A stretch of 63,892 nucleotides of DNA, counting the filler, from Chiloscyllium plagiosum (taxonomy: Eukaryota): the NCBI RefSeq assembly GCF_004010195.1. It is 5 parts of one record of this genome, joined end to end, with 100 filler letters (N's around TTAATTAATTAA, not from the genome) between each part and the next. Parts side by side here need not be neighbours in the genome. Positions count along the whole stretch, not along the records: positions 1 to 23,906 come from NC_057715.1; positions 24,007 to 51,985 come from NC_057715.1; 3 more parts are not named here. One strand, written 5' to 3'. Positions 12,926 to 26,259 of the stretch are shown here, one piece after another; the first letter of the stretch is position 1, and each line of letters begins with the position of its first letter. Position numbers and translations under genes: made by a program. The notes below the pieces were generated by a model. That model saw only the letters and a program-made list of their open reading frames with translations. It was not told the origin of the DNA and searched no databases.

Positions 12926-14074
12926 CAACTTCAAGCCAGTTATGAGTTGTGTCGAGTTGCCAGTCAACAAACAATTAGCTTTGTTTTCTGTAGTAGAGCA
13001 AGAACCAATTTCAAACAGTTCCGATGAATCTGTCACTACCTACCTGCCACCAGGTCTTTTCCACACCTTCTCCTCTCAGTGGTGCCAGCTGCCAACCTTT
13101 GGTCCTGCTCTCAACTGTTGCAACTTTTGTTGAGTAATCCACTCCTTTGCCAATCCATTACAATCCTCTGTAAAACTCAGGAATCCACCACAATACCTCA
13201 AGAAAGGGTACCTTAGATTAATTTACCTGAAAATTGAGTGCCCACCTTTCCTTCAAAAACAATCATTGAGACGGTTCATTGCCCAAAGTCTTCCAACGCC
13301 TCTTCACAATTATGCAGTTGAGTGGGACTGTATTCACCTGATTTCATTTTCATCGATTTAATCAGAGTCAAAGAATCACCTAGAATGGCTTCTCTTCCCA
13401 TTCCTGCACCAATACACTGCCTGATTGACAACAGATAAAAAGCACGCGCACCTAAAGTGATAGGTGATTAAATCATGGCGAACAAAATAATTTAAAGATT
13501 GAATTAGATCAAAGGAACTGATTTGTAAAGATGTCAAAAAAATGTGGAAAGCCTGAGGACTGACAGCAATGCAGAAACCAGCAAGGAAGCTGATAAAGAA
13601 CAAGGAAAAGAGAATATCAATGTAAATTGGAGAAGCTTAATTAGGTATTGGTAAATGAAGGACTGTGGCGCTGATTATAGGTAGAGGTAAGAGAATTTAG
13701 TGTGGAGAACACACAAATGGTGAAGAAACAAAATATTTGAACAACCAAGCCTTCAAGAAAATTTACATCATCCATGAGAAAGCAACATGCGTTTGCACCA
13801 TTCCACATTCAGGATAGCAGCACTCTTTCACTGTCACTGGGTCAAAATCCTGGAACTCGTTCCCTAATGGTATTGGAATACAACACCACAGGATGATAGT
13901 GATTCAAGAAGGGACCTCACTCTTACCTTCTCAACGGCAATTAAGGATTGTCAGTAAATCCTGGCCCAGCCCAGCATTGTCCACTTTCAGAGAATGAATA
14001 TCTTAAAAATTTACAATTACTTGTCGATCTTTGTGGTACAATAAATAACACACAAATTACAAATAACATAACAT

Positions 14075-14350
14075 CTACAAGGCACAAGTCAAGAGTGTGA
14101 TAGAATCCTCCCTACTTGTTTGGATGGGTGCAGATCCAGCACCACTCAAGAAGCTTGACACCATCCAGGACAAAACAGCTGCCTAATTAGCACCACATTC
14201 ACAAACATCCACTCGCTCCATCACCAATGCTCAGTAGCATTATGCAGTGTGTACCATCTACCAGATTCACTGCAGAAATTCACCAAAGATCCTGAGACAG
14301 CACCTTCAAAACCCACAACCACTTCCATCTAGAAGGACAAGGGCAATGGT
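14075..14350 (+). mobile_element. LINE ORF2 C-terminal fragment (second family)
   Basis: VCTIYQIHCRNSPKILRQHLQNPQPLPSRRTR; same family as 30248-30665, 13820-14000 and 15120-15320. Confidence 0.75.
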
Positions 14351-14380
14351 GTGGAATTCTGGGGGAATAGTTAAGATTGC

Positions 14381-14575
14381 ATCCAAGGAGCAGGAGAATC
14401 GACGTTGCGGGCATGACCCCTTCTTCAGGAATCCTGAAACATCTGGATTCCTGAAGAAGGGCTCATGCCCGAAAAGTCGATTCTCCTGCTCCTTGGATGC
14501 TGCCTGACCTGCTGCACTTTTCCAGCAACACATTTTCAGCTCTGATCTCCAGCATCTGCAGTCCTCACTTTCTCC
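14381..14575. mobile_element. fold-back PLE-derived element with a hammerhead motif on each strand
   Basis: Inverted arms about a ~10-nt loop near 14440; 16-bp TSD gaatagttaagattgc (14365-14380, 14576-14591). Confidence 0.9.
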
Positions 14576-15851
14576 GAATAGTTAAGATTGCCTGTTAGGA
14601 AAAATTGGCCAACTTCTGGGTTATAAACCATTAAGTTAAAAAGGACTGCAATAAAAGGTCAGAAGTAGTAAACATAACACAGGCTAAGTATCTACAAATT
14701 CTCCAACCTTGGTAAAACTTCTCTAATCTTCTCTACCGGCTCCTTGTATATTTTGAAATGCAGATTTTAGCCTGAACAAAACATCCATATGCAAAACAAA
14801 GTTATGGAATGATATGCAGAACTTGATGTTTTGGAAAATCAATAAGGCAACACATGTAACGGATGACAAACATCTAATGATAATCTGTCACTTCTCAGCA
14901 TATTTTAAAGTATATAAACGTTATTCTTTCCTCTGTTAAAGAACGGAAACTTGGAGAGTTTGAGATTCTCTTGTTTCTCCCGTCCCTCAAGTTTTTAGCT
15001 AAAAACTACATGCGGTATTTTCAATAAAAGCATTTTCAGCTCAAGGCTGTTTTTGAATTTTTGTCTAATTTGTGAATTTAAATCTCACAGATCCCTGCTA
15101 ATTAAAATCCAACTTGACAATGGGAACACCACCCCGAGCAAGATCCCCCCCTCAAGACAGTCACCTTCCTGACTTGTATGTATATCATTGTTCTTTCATT
15201 GTCTCTGGATCAAAACTCCCTTCCCTAATGACATTGTGGGTCTACCTATAGCATGTGGACTTCAAAAGTTCAAAAAGGCAACTCACCACACCTTCTCAAG
15301 GGCAATTAAGGAGGGGCAATAATTGCAAGTCACCTCATAAGAATCCCCTGCTGTAATCACTCCATCACTGGTTGCTGTATCTTCATCTGCTAAAGCCCCA
15401 AGCTTTGCAATTCCCTATCTATCTCTCTGTTTCTTTGAAGATATTCCTTAAAAGCTAACTATTTCAACAAACATTATGGCTATCTGATTAATATCATCTT
15501 ATTTGGCTCAATGTCAAATTTGTTTTTTTTAATGCTCCTATGAAGCAGATTTGCATGTGTATTATGTTAATGGTGCCATATAAACAGAAATACTTGTGGT
15601 TACTTTTCAGTATATTATGGTCATTCACATGTAACATTACTCGGGATAATTGAGTAATCGTGTGAGTAATTGAGTTATCTATCTATTTGACTCAAATATT
15701 TAGGCTGGCATAATTTTATGACCTGATGCACAGAACGAGTGGAATGCAATTCTGCAGTATTGTATCAACGTATCACAATTACTCCATTTCACTTAAGAAT
15801 TCTGCTCTATGTGTAAATCAGCATTGCACCCATTGTAGACATATATTTACA

Positions 15852-16233
15852 ATCATAGAATCCCTACAGTGTGGAAACAGGCCATTCAGCCTATGAAGTC
15901 CACATCAATCCTCCTAAGTGCAACCCACCCAGACCCAACCTATCCCTGCATTTCCCACGGCCAATCCTAGTTACACATCCCTGGACACTATGGGCCAATT
16001 TAGCACAGCCAATCCACCTAGTCTGCACATCCCTGGACACAATGGGACAATTTAGCATGGCCAATCCATCTAACCTGCACATCTTTGGACTGTGGGAGGA
16101 AACCGAGTACCCAGAAGAAACCTATGCAAACATGGGGAGAATGTGCAAACTCCACAGTCGCCCGAGGGTGGAATCGAACCTGAGTCCCTGGCGCTGTGAG
16201 GCAACAGTACTAATCACTGAGCCACCGTGTTGC
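15852..16233 (-). mobile_element. HE1-type V-SINE, near full length, with an internal ~50-bp duplication
   Basis: tRNA-like head at ~16170-16233; catccctggacac.atggg.caatttagca occurs twice. Confidence 0.9.
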
Positions 16234-19200
16234 ATTCTTTTCATTGTAGCAAGAATGGAAAGAACACAGTCTGTCTTGACCCTCAGATTGTTCCATCGAG
16301 ATAAGGGAATAGTGTAAGGCCCCCTCTCACTAATGGCAATCACTTATAATCCAACGTAACTAGATCCCAGCATAAAAGTATAAAGCAGATATTGCAGCCC
16401 GAATTGTTCAGAATATACAGAAATCTACGTTATTCTCTTATTCTCTTAACGTATCATTGAGAATTCAATGATAATTTGGTGAAAGCTTTGTGCAAGTTAA
16501 CAATCAGACAATGGAGTAGAGAGTGCCTTTGTATGACCATGGAAAATGGATGACAGCATGTCAGCAGGAATATTACATCTGTCATGATAGAAAGTCAATG
16601 AAGTTAAAATCATAAGAGATATGAAATAGGTTTAGGTTGCTGTCTCATGTGTTATTACACAAAATCATGACTGACCCCCGGTAATGAATAGATTCTGCTG
16701 GTGTGAGGAAGTTCATTTAAATGTCTATGGCTTGGCATAAAAAGCTTGTTGATTTACTACAGACTCTGCAGTTCTTACCAAATTCTGAAGAATATTCTGA
16801 CTGACCATTTCACAAGGGCTTGTCTTGTGCATTTTGAATGACTTCAAAAGAATGACTTGCTCATCTCCACATTAGCACCTTGTCTATGAGGAACTAAGGA
16901 AACAAAGAAAGACAGAGGCTCCAACACCATCCCATGCCCTCACCCACCAAAAATCTATGCACAATAATAACCACCCTCTAGCTTTAAAAATTAAGGAAAA
17001 CAAATTGAACGATATTTTGATCGGTGAAGAGATATGAATTCTATGTACAAAAGGCCTATGTGATGTGTATTTTTTAAATAATTGATTAGTATGAAATGCT
17101 CAAGGGTAGAAGAGGCTTACATAAAAACAGAGATATTTGTTCAGAAACCCCCAGTGAAGCACTCACCTTGTTGATGGTGATCTGGAGAATCATTTATAAA
17201 TCTCTAATTCAGATTCCAACCACAACTGTCATTTGAATCATTTCTCCTTTGCTGGGTATGTTTTCCTACTTTGTAGTTTTCCTGCTAAGTGGCAATCCCA
17301 TTTTAGCTAAAAGAATGGGTAAGCACCACAGTTGCACACTAAACTTTGGTAGACTATTATACTTCCCAGGAGTTGGTTGGTTGGTTGGAAGGTTGGCTGG
17401 AAACATGCAGTTTGACATAATGCCATAAATACCATGCCCAACGCCTGCCTGCTCACACTCTGCATAATGTTGACTGGCGGGGCAGGCAATGGGTGGGTCA
17501 CCTCGCCATATACTAATTGAGGCTCTTAAGTGACCAATAAGGGCCTCTTAAGAGCCCTTCCAATTTCCACCAAATATTCCGCTTGCCAGAGAAGCCAGCA
17601 TCAAATGGGAAGACAGACAGCTGTCACTTCTCTGGCTGCTGGTCAGATTTGGGTTGGGAGCATCTCCTGTATAGACCTATGGTAGGGAGCTAAAACACTA
17701 ATGCCCTCCAACTGCACCCCCTCTGTCCGTTCATTCCAGTATGCTGCCTCACCCATACCCCTCCCCAGAGCCTGCTAGACAGACCCACTGAAACCCCAAT
17801 CTCTGGCTCCAATGAAGATCTCAGATACAGAGCCAGCAAGAGGCACCGCTGAAACAATTTGAGACGACAGCACCCAGAGGTGGAATTTGCACTGTTGGTG
17901 AAGGTGGAAGTCTGCTCTGAACCAGTTAATGCTTCAATTAATATTAAATAGCTGCAGACAACTCACCAGAATGGGAGCACAGGAGAACATGCTCACAAAA
18001 ATCACACTGGTTAGGATGGGTCTCACAATAACTCTGACACAATGTAAGATTCTGCCCATATCCCTGGTAGCTTGTTTACTACTTGAGAATGAGAGATACC
18101 TCTTTCCCCTCTTTTGGCACATTGTGCTATTATTGATATGGTCTGAGTGTGAAATTATGATATATTTTGTAATTCCTGTAAATTAGTTATTTTATCGGAT
18201 TTCTTAGCTGGGTTTGGTAGTTGCTAAGTCACAGAGTCAGAGGCCAGATTTAGCAGAAGCTCGGAAATGGCTACAGTTCACAGTATTCTTAAAATTATGC
18301 TGTACTAAATGTGCAATCTTACTGAATTGTTAACATTTTATATGTGTTCAATATACCTTATGATTAATACTTGATAGAGCTGGTAATGGACTATCTCAAA
18401 AAAATTACATACTGCAGATTTGCACTGCATCTGATGTTGCTGTTATAACAATGTTTATGATACATTACTTTTAATAGTTCTGTAAAAAAATTAATGGCTG
18501 ACACTTTCACATGGTCTTTAATTATTAAGAAAAATACTCATCTCAACCTTCGGATATGAAAGTCAAAAGCTGGGTTTAAGAGCTTAGTGTTTAACCTGAG
18601 ACTTTCTCCTTGATTCTTCATAATTGTCTGCCTGGACATAAAGCTAAATGTGAAGCATTCAACGTCAAAGAATTTTATTGTTCTAGTCCATGAAATTTTA
18701 ATTATTTGTTGGTCTTCTAAGTTTACTAGAGAGATTCATCTTCTGATTTAAGGGGAAATTGTAAGTATCTGATATTTTGAAATGACATCCCACTGAATTT
18801 TCCTTTTTCACAGATTACTTGAAGGCTAGTTTCTGTACTGATGGGAAAAACCATTTTAAGTATAGGGCACCAAAATGTTTATCTTACAGAGCTATTAATT
18901 TAGAAACCACAACTCAGCAATCGGTCAAGGTCACTGAGAAGGTCAACGAAATTTAATCTTGTCAGCTTCAGGTTAAAAAGGTACTGATGTAGCCTTACAG
19001 AGTTCAGATCCACAAATAGTTATTTAACAGATGAAATATATGTGCACTTCAGTACTTGTAATGTAAAACTTGTGCATTTTAATTTTAATACATACTTAAT
19101 TCAATTTTACACTTCTAATCTCCTACTCAACATTTCTGTATTACCTTGTCAGATTTGTTTGTCTATTTTTATTATTTCATGACTGTTTCATGTTTTTATT

Positions 19201-19424
19201 TATATGATTACTTAACCTTTATATGAACTTTTCAGTGCAGGTTGCACTGCAATTCAGCCTGAAGGCTGGAAGCATTTCTTTTGAGTAAAATGCCCTTATT
19301 ATTATTTAATTTTCTTAATGATCTGGAGCCACAAATTCAAATCTGACCTCAGCAGCTGAAGAACTTAAGTTAACTTGATGTAGAATACAAAGCCATTATC
19401 AGCAATCTTGATTATAACATTGTT

Positions 19425-19748
19425 ATAGAATCCCTACAGTGTGGACGCAGGCCATTTGGCCCATCAAGTCCACACCAACTCTTCAAAGATCATCCCTTCC
19501 TTCCCTGTAACTCTGCATTCCCTATGGCTAATTCACCTAGCGCCTGCATATCCCTGGACACTATGGCCTATTTAGCATGGCCAACCCACCTAACCTGCAC
19601 ACCTTTGGACTTGAGGAGTAAACTCACACAGACACAGGGAGAATGAGTAAGCTCCACATGGAGTGGATAGTTAACTGAGGTTGGAATTGAATCCAAGTCC
19701 CTGGCGCTGTAAGGCAGCAGTGCTAACCACTGAGCCACCATGCCACCC
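19425..19748 (-). mobile_element. HE1-type V-SINE
   Basis: Same head, body and tail as 7751-8070. Confidence 0.9.
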
Positions 19749-22499
19749 TGTTGGAATACCATGAACACCCATCTCTTTAAGGAAGGAAGTTTATCATCTC
19801 TATTCATTCCGGCTGAGATGAGACCAGAACATACAGTAGTGACTTAACTGCATTCTGGAATGGCCTAGCAAGTCACTCTGTTGAATTAGGAAAGGCAGTT
19901 CACCACCACTTCTCACGAGCAATCAGGAATGGATTATAAATGCTTATTTTATTATTTAAGCCTGAATCCCATAAATGGATTTTTTTTTAAAGTTCACGTT
20001 CAGGTAGTGAGAGCAACAGCACCGTTTCTTTGTGCAAGTGCTGTTAAGTCAGGGTGTACAGGTTTACTGAATTTACTGAGTCCTGTTACTTGTTCAGGAA
20101 AGGGAAACTTTCATGGCACTAAGACAACCTGCTATGGGTTGGATAGTTCCATGAGAAGGGAATAGTTCAGTCATCCAGTTCTTTACAGGTATCATTTGCT
20201 CTGCAGACACAGTCCCAAATGTCTGTCCCACCCATGTTCATGTCAAAATGATTCTTCAATTTTAATAGGAGTGAACAAGACACTTCAAAAACATAAAATC
20301 TCATTGAACAATTGCTGGTTCCCATTGTTAGCAGTTGCATTCAAAGTTTTAGCACAAAATAATTACATTTGAACAAAGTGCAAAAAAACTTGAAATCCAA
20401 TATGACGTTTAAACCGATAAGTTTAAGGCAGATCTATGTTGAACTGCCTGAAATAGTTGGCACCAATTAGCAATATTGTTGCAACCAGCATCTATGATAA
20501 TAGTTGGCACCATTTTCCTGAAGTTGGTGGTGGTCTGCAATTGAGCTGTAAATGATGAATAATATAGTAACAATATAACATCTGCTGATACTACGCGACA
20601 CAATCTCCTCAAAACCATCAGTTATCATCCTCATCCGAAATGGTAATGGAGTCTTCATCCTGAGATCCAGTCACTAGCTGAAATATAGCTAAGAAATATG
20701 CTGAGAGAACCATTTTGGACTGATGTGTTATTTCAGAAATACATTAACATTTCATCCCTTTTAAAGAAACATTTCAGATCAGTTTTTTGGCAATGCTTTA
20801 GGTTCTAAAAAGCCTCAGAAATAGGAAAGATAGGATCTAGACCTACACTACCAGTTAAACTTGAGTTTAGTGCAAGACTTACGTCTTTGATTTTATTTAT
20901 TTATTGTTACATGCAATTTCTTACAAAATATAGTGTAAAATGTTGCATAATGTTTCTACTCCCCAGTGCCATCTTAAAACACAGAAAAATAAACAAATCT
21001 ATAGAATATAAAATGGCAGAAAAATAAAGAAATAAAGTTCAACTTAATAGTCAAAGTGAAGTGCATGCTGGGAATGGTTGCCTGGAGACTTGTTAGATGG
21101 CTGATTGACATTCAAAATGCTTCCTCATGCTCATTCAAAATGCTGACACAAAATTGTTGAGAAAAGTACATAACTGCATTTAAGAATTAGACGGATATGT
21201 TCATTGAGTTAGCTGAAACAGAGTGTGGGATGATGAGTGTGGAGCATAAATGCTGACATACATCAGTTGGCCTGAATGGTCTCTTGCTGTGCTTTACTTT
21301 GAATGGAACTCAGTGGAACCTACGTGATTAAATTACTAGTTTCCCTCAGAATGATAAAAATGAACAGCATGACCACACCTCTGTCATGCTTCAAGTTCTC
21401 TCTATCTCTTATTTCCCCTTCAGACCATCTCTCATCCATTCATGGTGCAAAGCACTCACATCCAATATTTGCCTTACTTTTCTGAAACGTACTGTCATTC
21501 ATGCCTTTCAGCATTACATAATCCTCAGTGCCTCTGGTACTAGCAGCCATTTTGTTTATTTTTGGTCATGCTTGTCTAATCATTTCAATATCCAGAATTT
21601 GTTGCTATGTTGTCCTTCTTTATAAAATCACTTAATGTGTACAGACTTTCTCTGAGTAATATATAATTCTTTCCAGTTACTGAGAGTTTGGATATGACTC
21701 GTGCTTAATTGTCTGCCTGCTTTAAGCTAAGCGCATTAAAAAGGTCAACTGACTCATTAAAAGCTATTAAAATAGTAAGTTAATACAGCTTCATTTAACT
21801 TAATTGGAAGCTTAACTTACCAGCAGTAAATTACCATGCCAGGATACGGACAATGTTGAACTTGTCTGGACCCTGCTGTGGAGTTTCTTCAGACATTTCT
21901 TTTTTGTTTAATATTTATTTAAAAATCCAATAAACTGGCTTCAAATTAAAGATGTAAGGCACAAAATACACAGTCTCCCAGTGTTATGAATTCATTATGA
22001 TCACAAAATGGCAGCTGTGGTACATGTGCACAGTATGGAGCTAAATCAATAACACACTCCATCCCTCATGGTGGAACAGGAAGCGAACATTATTTTCTTC
22101 TGCTTCTCACATGACTATAACTAAAATTAAAAGTGGTAACCATATGTGATTGTGCTTTTCATTGGTGAAACTGGCCATCAGCTGATAGTGCAGCAGCTAT
22201 GAGGAACCAACAAAACAACATCTTGGATAAATAGGGACATTCTTCATCATGCTGTTAACGTTCCTGTTCAAATTCATTGCTTTTAACAAAACTCAGAATC
22301 CACAGATGACATGGGTGTTTTAAATTTCACTTTAAGTATTTCACATTACTTGGGAGTTCAAGGAAAAGTGTGATACACACTAAAGGACTCTGATTTTACC
22401 AATTTTGTATTAACCACCTGCACCAGGACAGGGCTTCAGTCGTGTGAATCTCCTTGGAGCAATTTATATTTGGGGAATAAGCAGACAGAAAGCAGAAGT

Positions 22500-22650
22500 A
22501 TCTGCCAAAAAAAGGAGTGTCAATATAAGACCATATCCACCCAGAGTGTTCAAGGGACAATTCTGTTTGCTGAACCACAAGGACGGACAGTGTATCAGAC
22601 ATTTTCACTTCACAAAGAACATTGTCGATGAAATTTGACATTTACTGCAG
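22500..22650 (+). mobile_element. PIF/Harbinger transposase N-terminal fragment (degenerate)
   Basis: RPYPPRVFKGQFCLLNHKDGQCIRHFHFTKNIVDEI resembles the N-terminus of HARBI1-like transposases. Confidence 0.6.
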
Positions 22651-23634
22651 CTGTTCCCTACTGTGTACTGATCAGGTCAGTGTCCACAATCAATGCAGCA
22701 GTGTCGGTCCATATTGGTAGGCCTCTGTGTCACCTGCACTTGAACCATTAAATAAATTCAAAGGTGGCTCCTGGGTGACAAGCGTTAAAGAAAGGAAATA
22801 AATGAATACTTGCATTTCTGTGGCATTTTTTTATGACCATGAGATTTCTCAAAGTGTTTTACAAATAATTAAGAACTTTTTGACATTTTGTTACTCAGTC
22901 AATATTGTGACGTAGGAAACATGGCAATTTGTAAGCACTTAACAGGCTTCCACAAGCAGAAATGTGATGTCAAATGATATAGGATTGCTACAATATTGAT
23001 TCAGAATCATTAAAGAGCAAAAGGAGGCCATTGGGTAGGTGATCTCTGTATCAGCTCTGAATGAAACATTCATTTTACGCCATTTCTCTTCCTGTTCCTA
23101 TATATCTTCACATGTTTCCTTTCAAAACTGTACTTTTCTGAAAGCCTCAATTGAACCTGTCTGCACAGTATTCTCTCATAGTCCAACTCATCCATACCAA
23201 ACATAATCCCAAACTAAACTAATCCCACCTGCCTGTTCTAGGCCCATATCCCTCCAAACTTTTCCTATTCGTGTACTTATCAAAATGTCTTTTAAATGTC
23301 GTAATTTAAAACACATTTAAAACCATAACCACCCACTGTGTGAAAAAGTCCTTTCTCATGTTGCTTTTTTAAAATTCATTCACAGGATGTGGCCATCGCT
23401 GGCTAGGCCAACATTTATTGCCCATTCTTAGTTGTTAAGAGTCGACCTTACTTTAATTCTGTTCCCCCTTCTTTACAAGTGGGAACAGTTTCTCCATATC
23501 TACTCTGGCTAGACCCTTCATGGTTTTAAGCACTTCTGAAGTGGGAGTTGACACGGGGCACACAGACACAAGATGGCCGCTGAGCCATAAGTTTGGTCAC
23601 TTAGCACACAAGATGGCTGCTGAGCCAATACATG

Positions 23635-23906
23635 GAGAGGGATAAGTGTGCACTACAGGGCAAGAGTTCTGATGGGGGCAGGGAAATTATAATGCTGTGA
23701 GGCATGACTTAGGATGTGTGGCCTGGAAAAGTAAGCTTCAAGGCAAGGGTGTAATTGATATGTGGAGCTTGTTCAAGGAGCAACGATTGAGTGTCCTTGA
23801 TAAGTATGTGCCCGTCAGGCAGGGAGGAAAGGGTCGTGTGAGAGAGCCGTGGTTTAATAAGGAATTGGAATCCCTTGTTAAATGGAAGAGGGCGGCCGAT
23901 GTAAAG
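23635..23906 (+). mobile_element. CR1 ORF2 fragment (post-endonuclease linker), ends at a gap
   Basis: MWSLFKEQ..VLDKYVPVRQGGKGRVREPWFNKELESLVK. Confidence 0.85.
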
Positions 23907-24006
23907 NNNNNNNNNNNNNNNNNNNNNNNNNNNNNNNNNNNNNNNNNNNNTTAATTAATTAANNNNNNNNNNNNNNNNNNNNNNNNNNNNNNNNNNNNNN
24001 NNNNNN
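23907..24006. other. artificial gap linker N..TTAATTAATTAA..N (also 51986-52085, 56130-56229, 60739-60838)
   Basis: Identical six-frame-stop 12-mer centred in four 100-bp N runs. Confidence 0.95.
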
Positions 24007-24378
24007 GTGAACAGTGCCGTTACGTTGAATGAGACCATGGTTTCTTCCTTGTCTATGTGTATATTTCTGATGATGTCCAAGAATTCCTGTGTTGATTGTA
24101 TAGAGTGTCTGGATCCGCTGGTCAGGTGTTTCAGTTTCTGCTGTAGTTCTTTAGCCAGTTTGTGAGATGGTGTCCCTGGCAGTGATACTATAGGTCTGAG
24201 TTGGATATCTGGTTTGTGCACTTTCGGTAGTCCATAGAATCTGGGGGTGTTGTTGCTTTCAGGTTTCATTCTCTGTAGGTCAAACCTGGTTATCTGTCCG
24301 TTTTTTTGTAGGTTCCTCAGTGTGTTATTTATCCTATTGGTGAGCTGTGGGGTGGGGTCAAACTCCCTCTTTTGGTAG
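24007..24378 (-). mobile_element. Penelope-like RT fragment, inverted relative to the adjacent endonuclease
   Basis: PRFYGLPKVHKPDIQLRPIVS...MVSFNVTALF: PLE RT motifs 1, 2 and A. Confidence 0.92.
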
Positions 24379-25096
24379 GTGCAACTTCATCAACAGATGC
24401 CTAAGGGAAAGACAACGGAACGAAGACATGCCGCAACTCAAAGGACTAGCCACACTATCATACATCAAGAGCATTTCTGAACTGACAGCCAGACTACTGC
24501 GACCACTAGGACTCATAACAGCACACAAACCAACAGCCACTCTCAGACAACAACTCACCAGAACGAAGGACCCGATACCCAGCATGAGCAAAACCAATGT
24601 AGTGTACAAAATCCCATACAAGGACTGCACAAAACACTACATAGGACAAACAGGAAGACAGTAACGATCCGCATCCATAAACACCAACTAGCCACGAAAC
24701 GACACGACCAGCTATCCTTAGTAGCCACACACGCAGATGACAAGCAACATGAATTCGACTGGGAAAACACTACTATTGAAGGACAAGCCAAATAGAGAAC
24801 AGCCAGGGAATTCCTAGAGGCATGGCACTCATCCACAGATTCAATCAATAAGCACATCGACCTGGACCCAATATACTGACCACTGCAACGGACAGCTGGA
24901 ACTGACAACCGGAAGCGGCAGATTCAAACCACTATAAATGCCGGAGGAAATATCACAGAAGCGCTTCACAGGAGGCTCCCAAGCACTGAGGATGTCACCT
25001 AGACAGGGGACGAAACGTCTGCAACACAAATTCTCAGCTCGGCGAACAGAACCACAACAACGAGCACCCGAGCTACAAATCTTCTCACAAACTTTG
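24379..25096 (+). mobile_element. Penelope-like GIY-YIG endonuclease (frameshifted) plus pseudo-LTR
   Basis: NVVYKIPYKDCTKHYIGQTGR, frameshift near 24660, then REFLEAWHS...SINKHIDLDPIY; no Cys-rich linker (Penelope/Poseidon-like). Confidence 0.92.
24983..25022 (+). ncRNA. minimal type-I hammerhead ribozyme motif
   Basis: gca-CTGAGGA-t-GTCACC-tagaca-GGGGAC-GAAA-CG-TC-tgc: 3-bp helix I, helix II with one mismatch, GUC cleavage triplet. Confidence 0.8.
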
Positions 25097-25099
25097 AGC

Positions 25100-25480
25100 T
25101 TAAAGTATATTCCCTTGTCTGTGTGCTGTCTGATTCAGCTTGTGAGCTGCTTCGGAATTCTTGGTGTTCTAGTATAGTTTGGCCAATTTTGCCTTTGTGT
25201 GCCTATCGTGGGTTAGCAAATCTTTTCCCACACTTCCCAAAGCCAGGAATTTTTGAGAAATTAAAATCAACACATGAACGAGCCGATTCATCACTTTTTT
25301 TAAGTTCCTAGGATGAAGGCCATTCGGACGTAAGAATTCAACCATTTGTTCAGAACTAATTCTCTGGTATTTGTAATTTTCTTGAGTTGTTCTATCCCTT
25401 CCATTTTCTGAGTGACTGTTATTTTTTATCTTGTATAGTGAAGACCAATGCAAAATGCTATATGAGATTGTTGTGCCCAT
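25100..25480 (-). mobile_element. old CR1 RT fragment
   Basis: RPNGLHPRNLKKV..LVHVLILISQKFL resembles CR1 PGPDGLHPRVLKE. Confidence 0.6.
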
Positions 25481-26259
25481 TGGAACTATCTGAGGGTTGG
25501 TTAACTGTCAATAATCTTTCTTATTGGTATTAGTTTAAGTTACCAATACCAATTAGGAAAGGATACCTACACGCAGTCTTCAGCAAAAGGATGTAAGGTC
25601 ATGTTGAACAGAATTGTTTTGTTAGAAAGTACTTAATAATTATTTTTAATTCATATATGGATTGTGGCATTGCTTGCCAGCATTTATTGTCTGTTCCTAC
25701 TTGCCCTTGAAGAGACTTTGTAGAGGTTGGTACAACTGAGAGGCTTGATGAGCCACTTCAAAGGGCAATTGAGAGTCAACCAGATTGCTGTGGATCTGAA
25801 GTCACATGTAGGCCAGACCAGGGGAGGATGGCAGATTTCCTTCCCGGAAGGACATAGTGAACCAGATGGGTTTTTCCCAACAGTTGTTTCATGGTATTAG
25901 TAGATTTTTAATTCCAGATTTTCATTATTATTAAATTCACATTCCAGCATCTCCCGTGACAGGACTCAAACCCATGTCCCCAAAACATTTGCTGAGTTTT
26001 TGGAGTAATAGTCCAGCAATAATACGATCGCTGAACTATCGCCTCCCCTAAATTGTTACATTACATCTAAGTTACATGATAGTCTCTTCTGAGACCTCAA
26101 GTTAGAGTCAGTTCACATGGTTACTGATGCCACTCGAAAAAGGCCTGTTCTTTGTCTCCTATCTATGAACCAATTTTCTATCTGCATCAGTACACTGCCC
26201 CAATTGCTTGTACTTAAGTTTTACATGCCAATCTCTAACATGAGACTTTTTTGAAAGCT

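Noticed and set aside
13046..13167. Minus-strand exon-like segment with good AG/GT signals (also ~17167-17307)
   Set aside because: Stops in all three frames; a non-coding exon cannot be excluded but is unsupported.
13338..13451. 114-nt open minus-strand exon candidate
   Set aside because: Weak pyrimidine tract and no recognisable peptide.
23951..23962. TTAATTAATTAA as a piggyBac site or biological palindrome
   Set aside because: Occurs only at the centre of 100-bp N runs; assembly linker.
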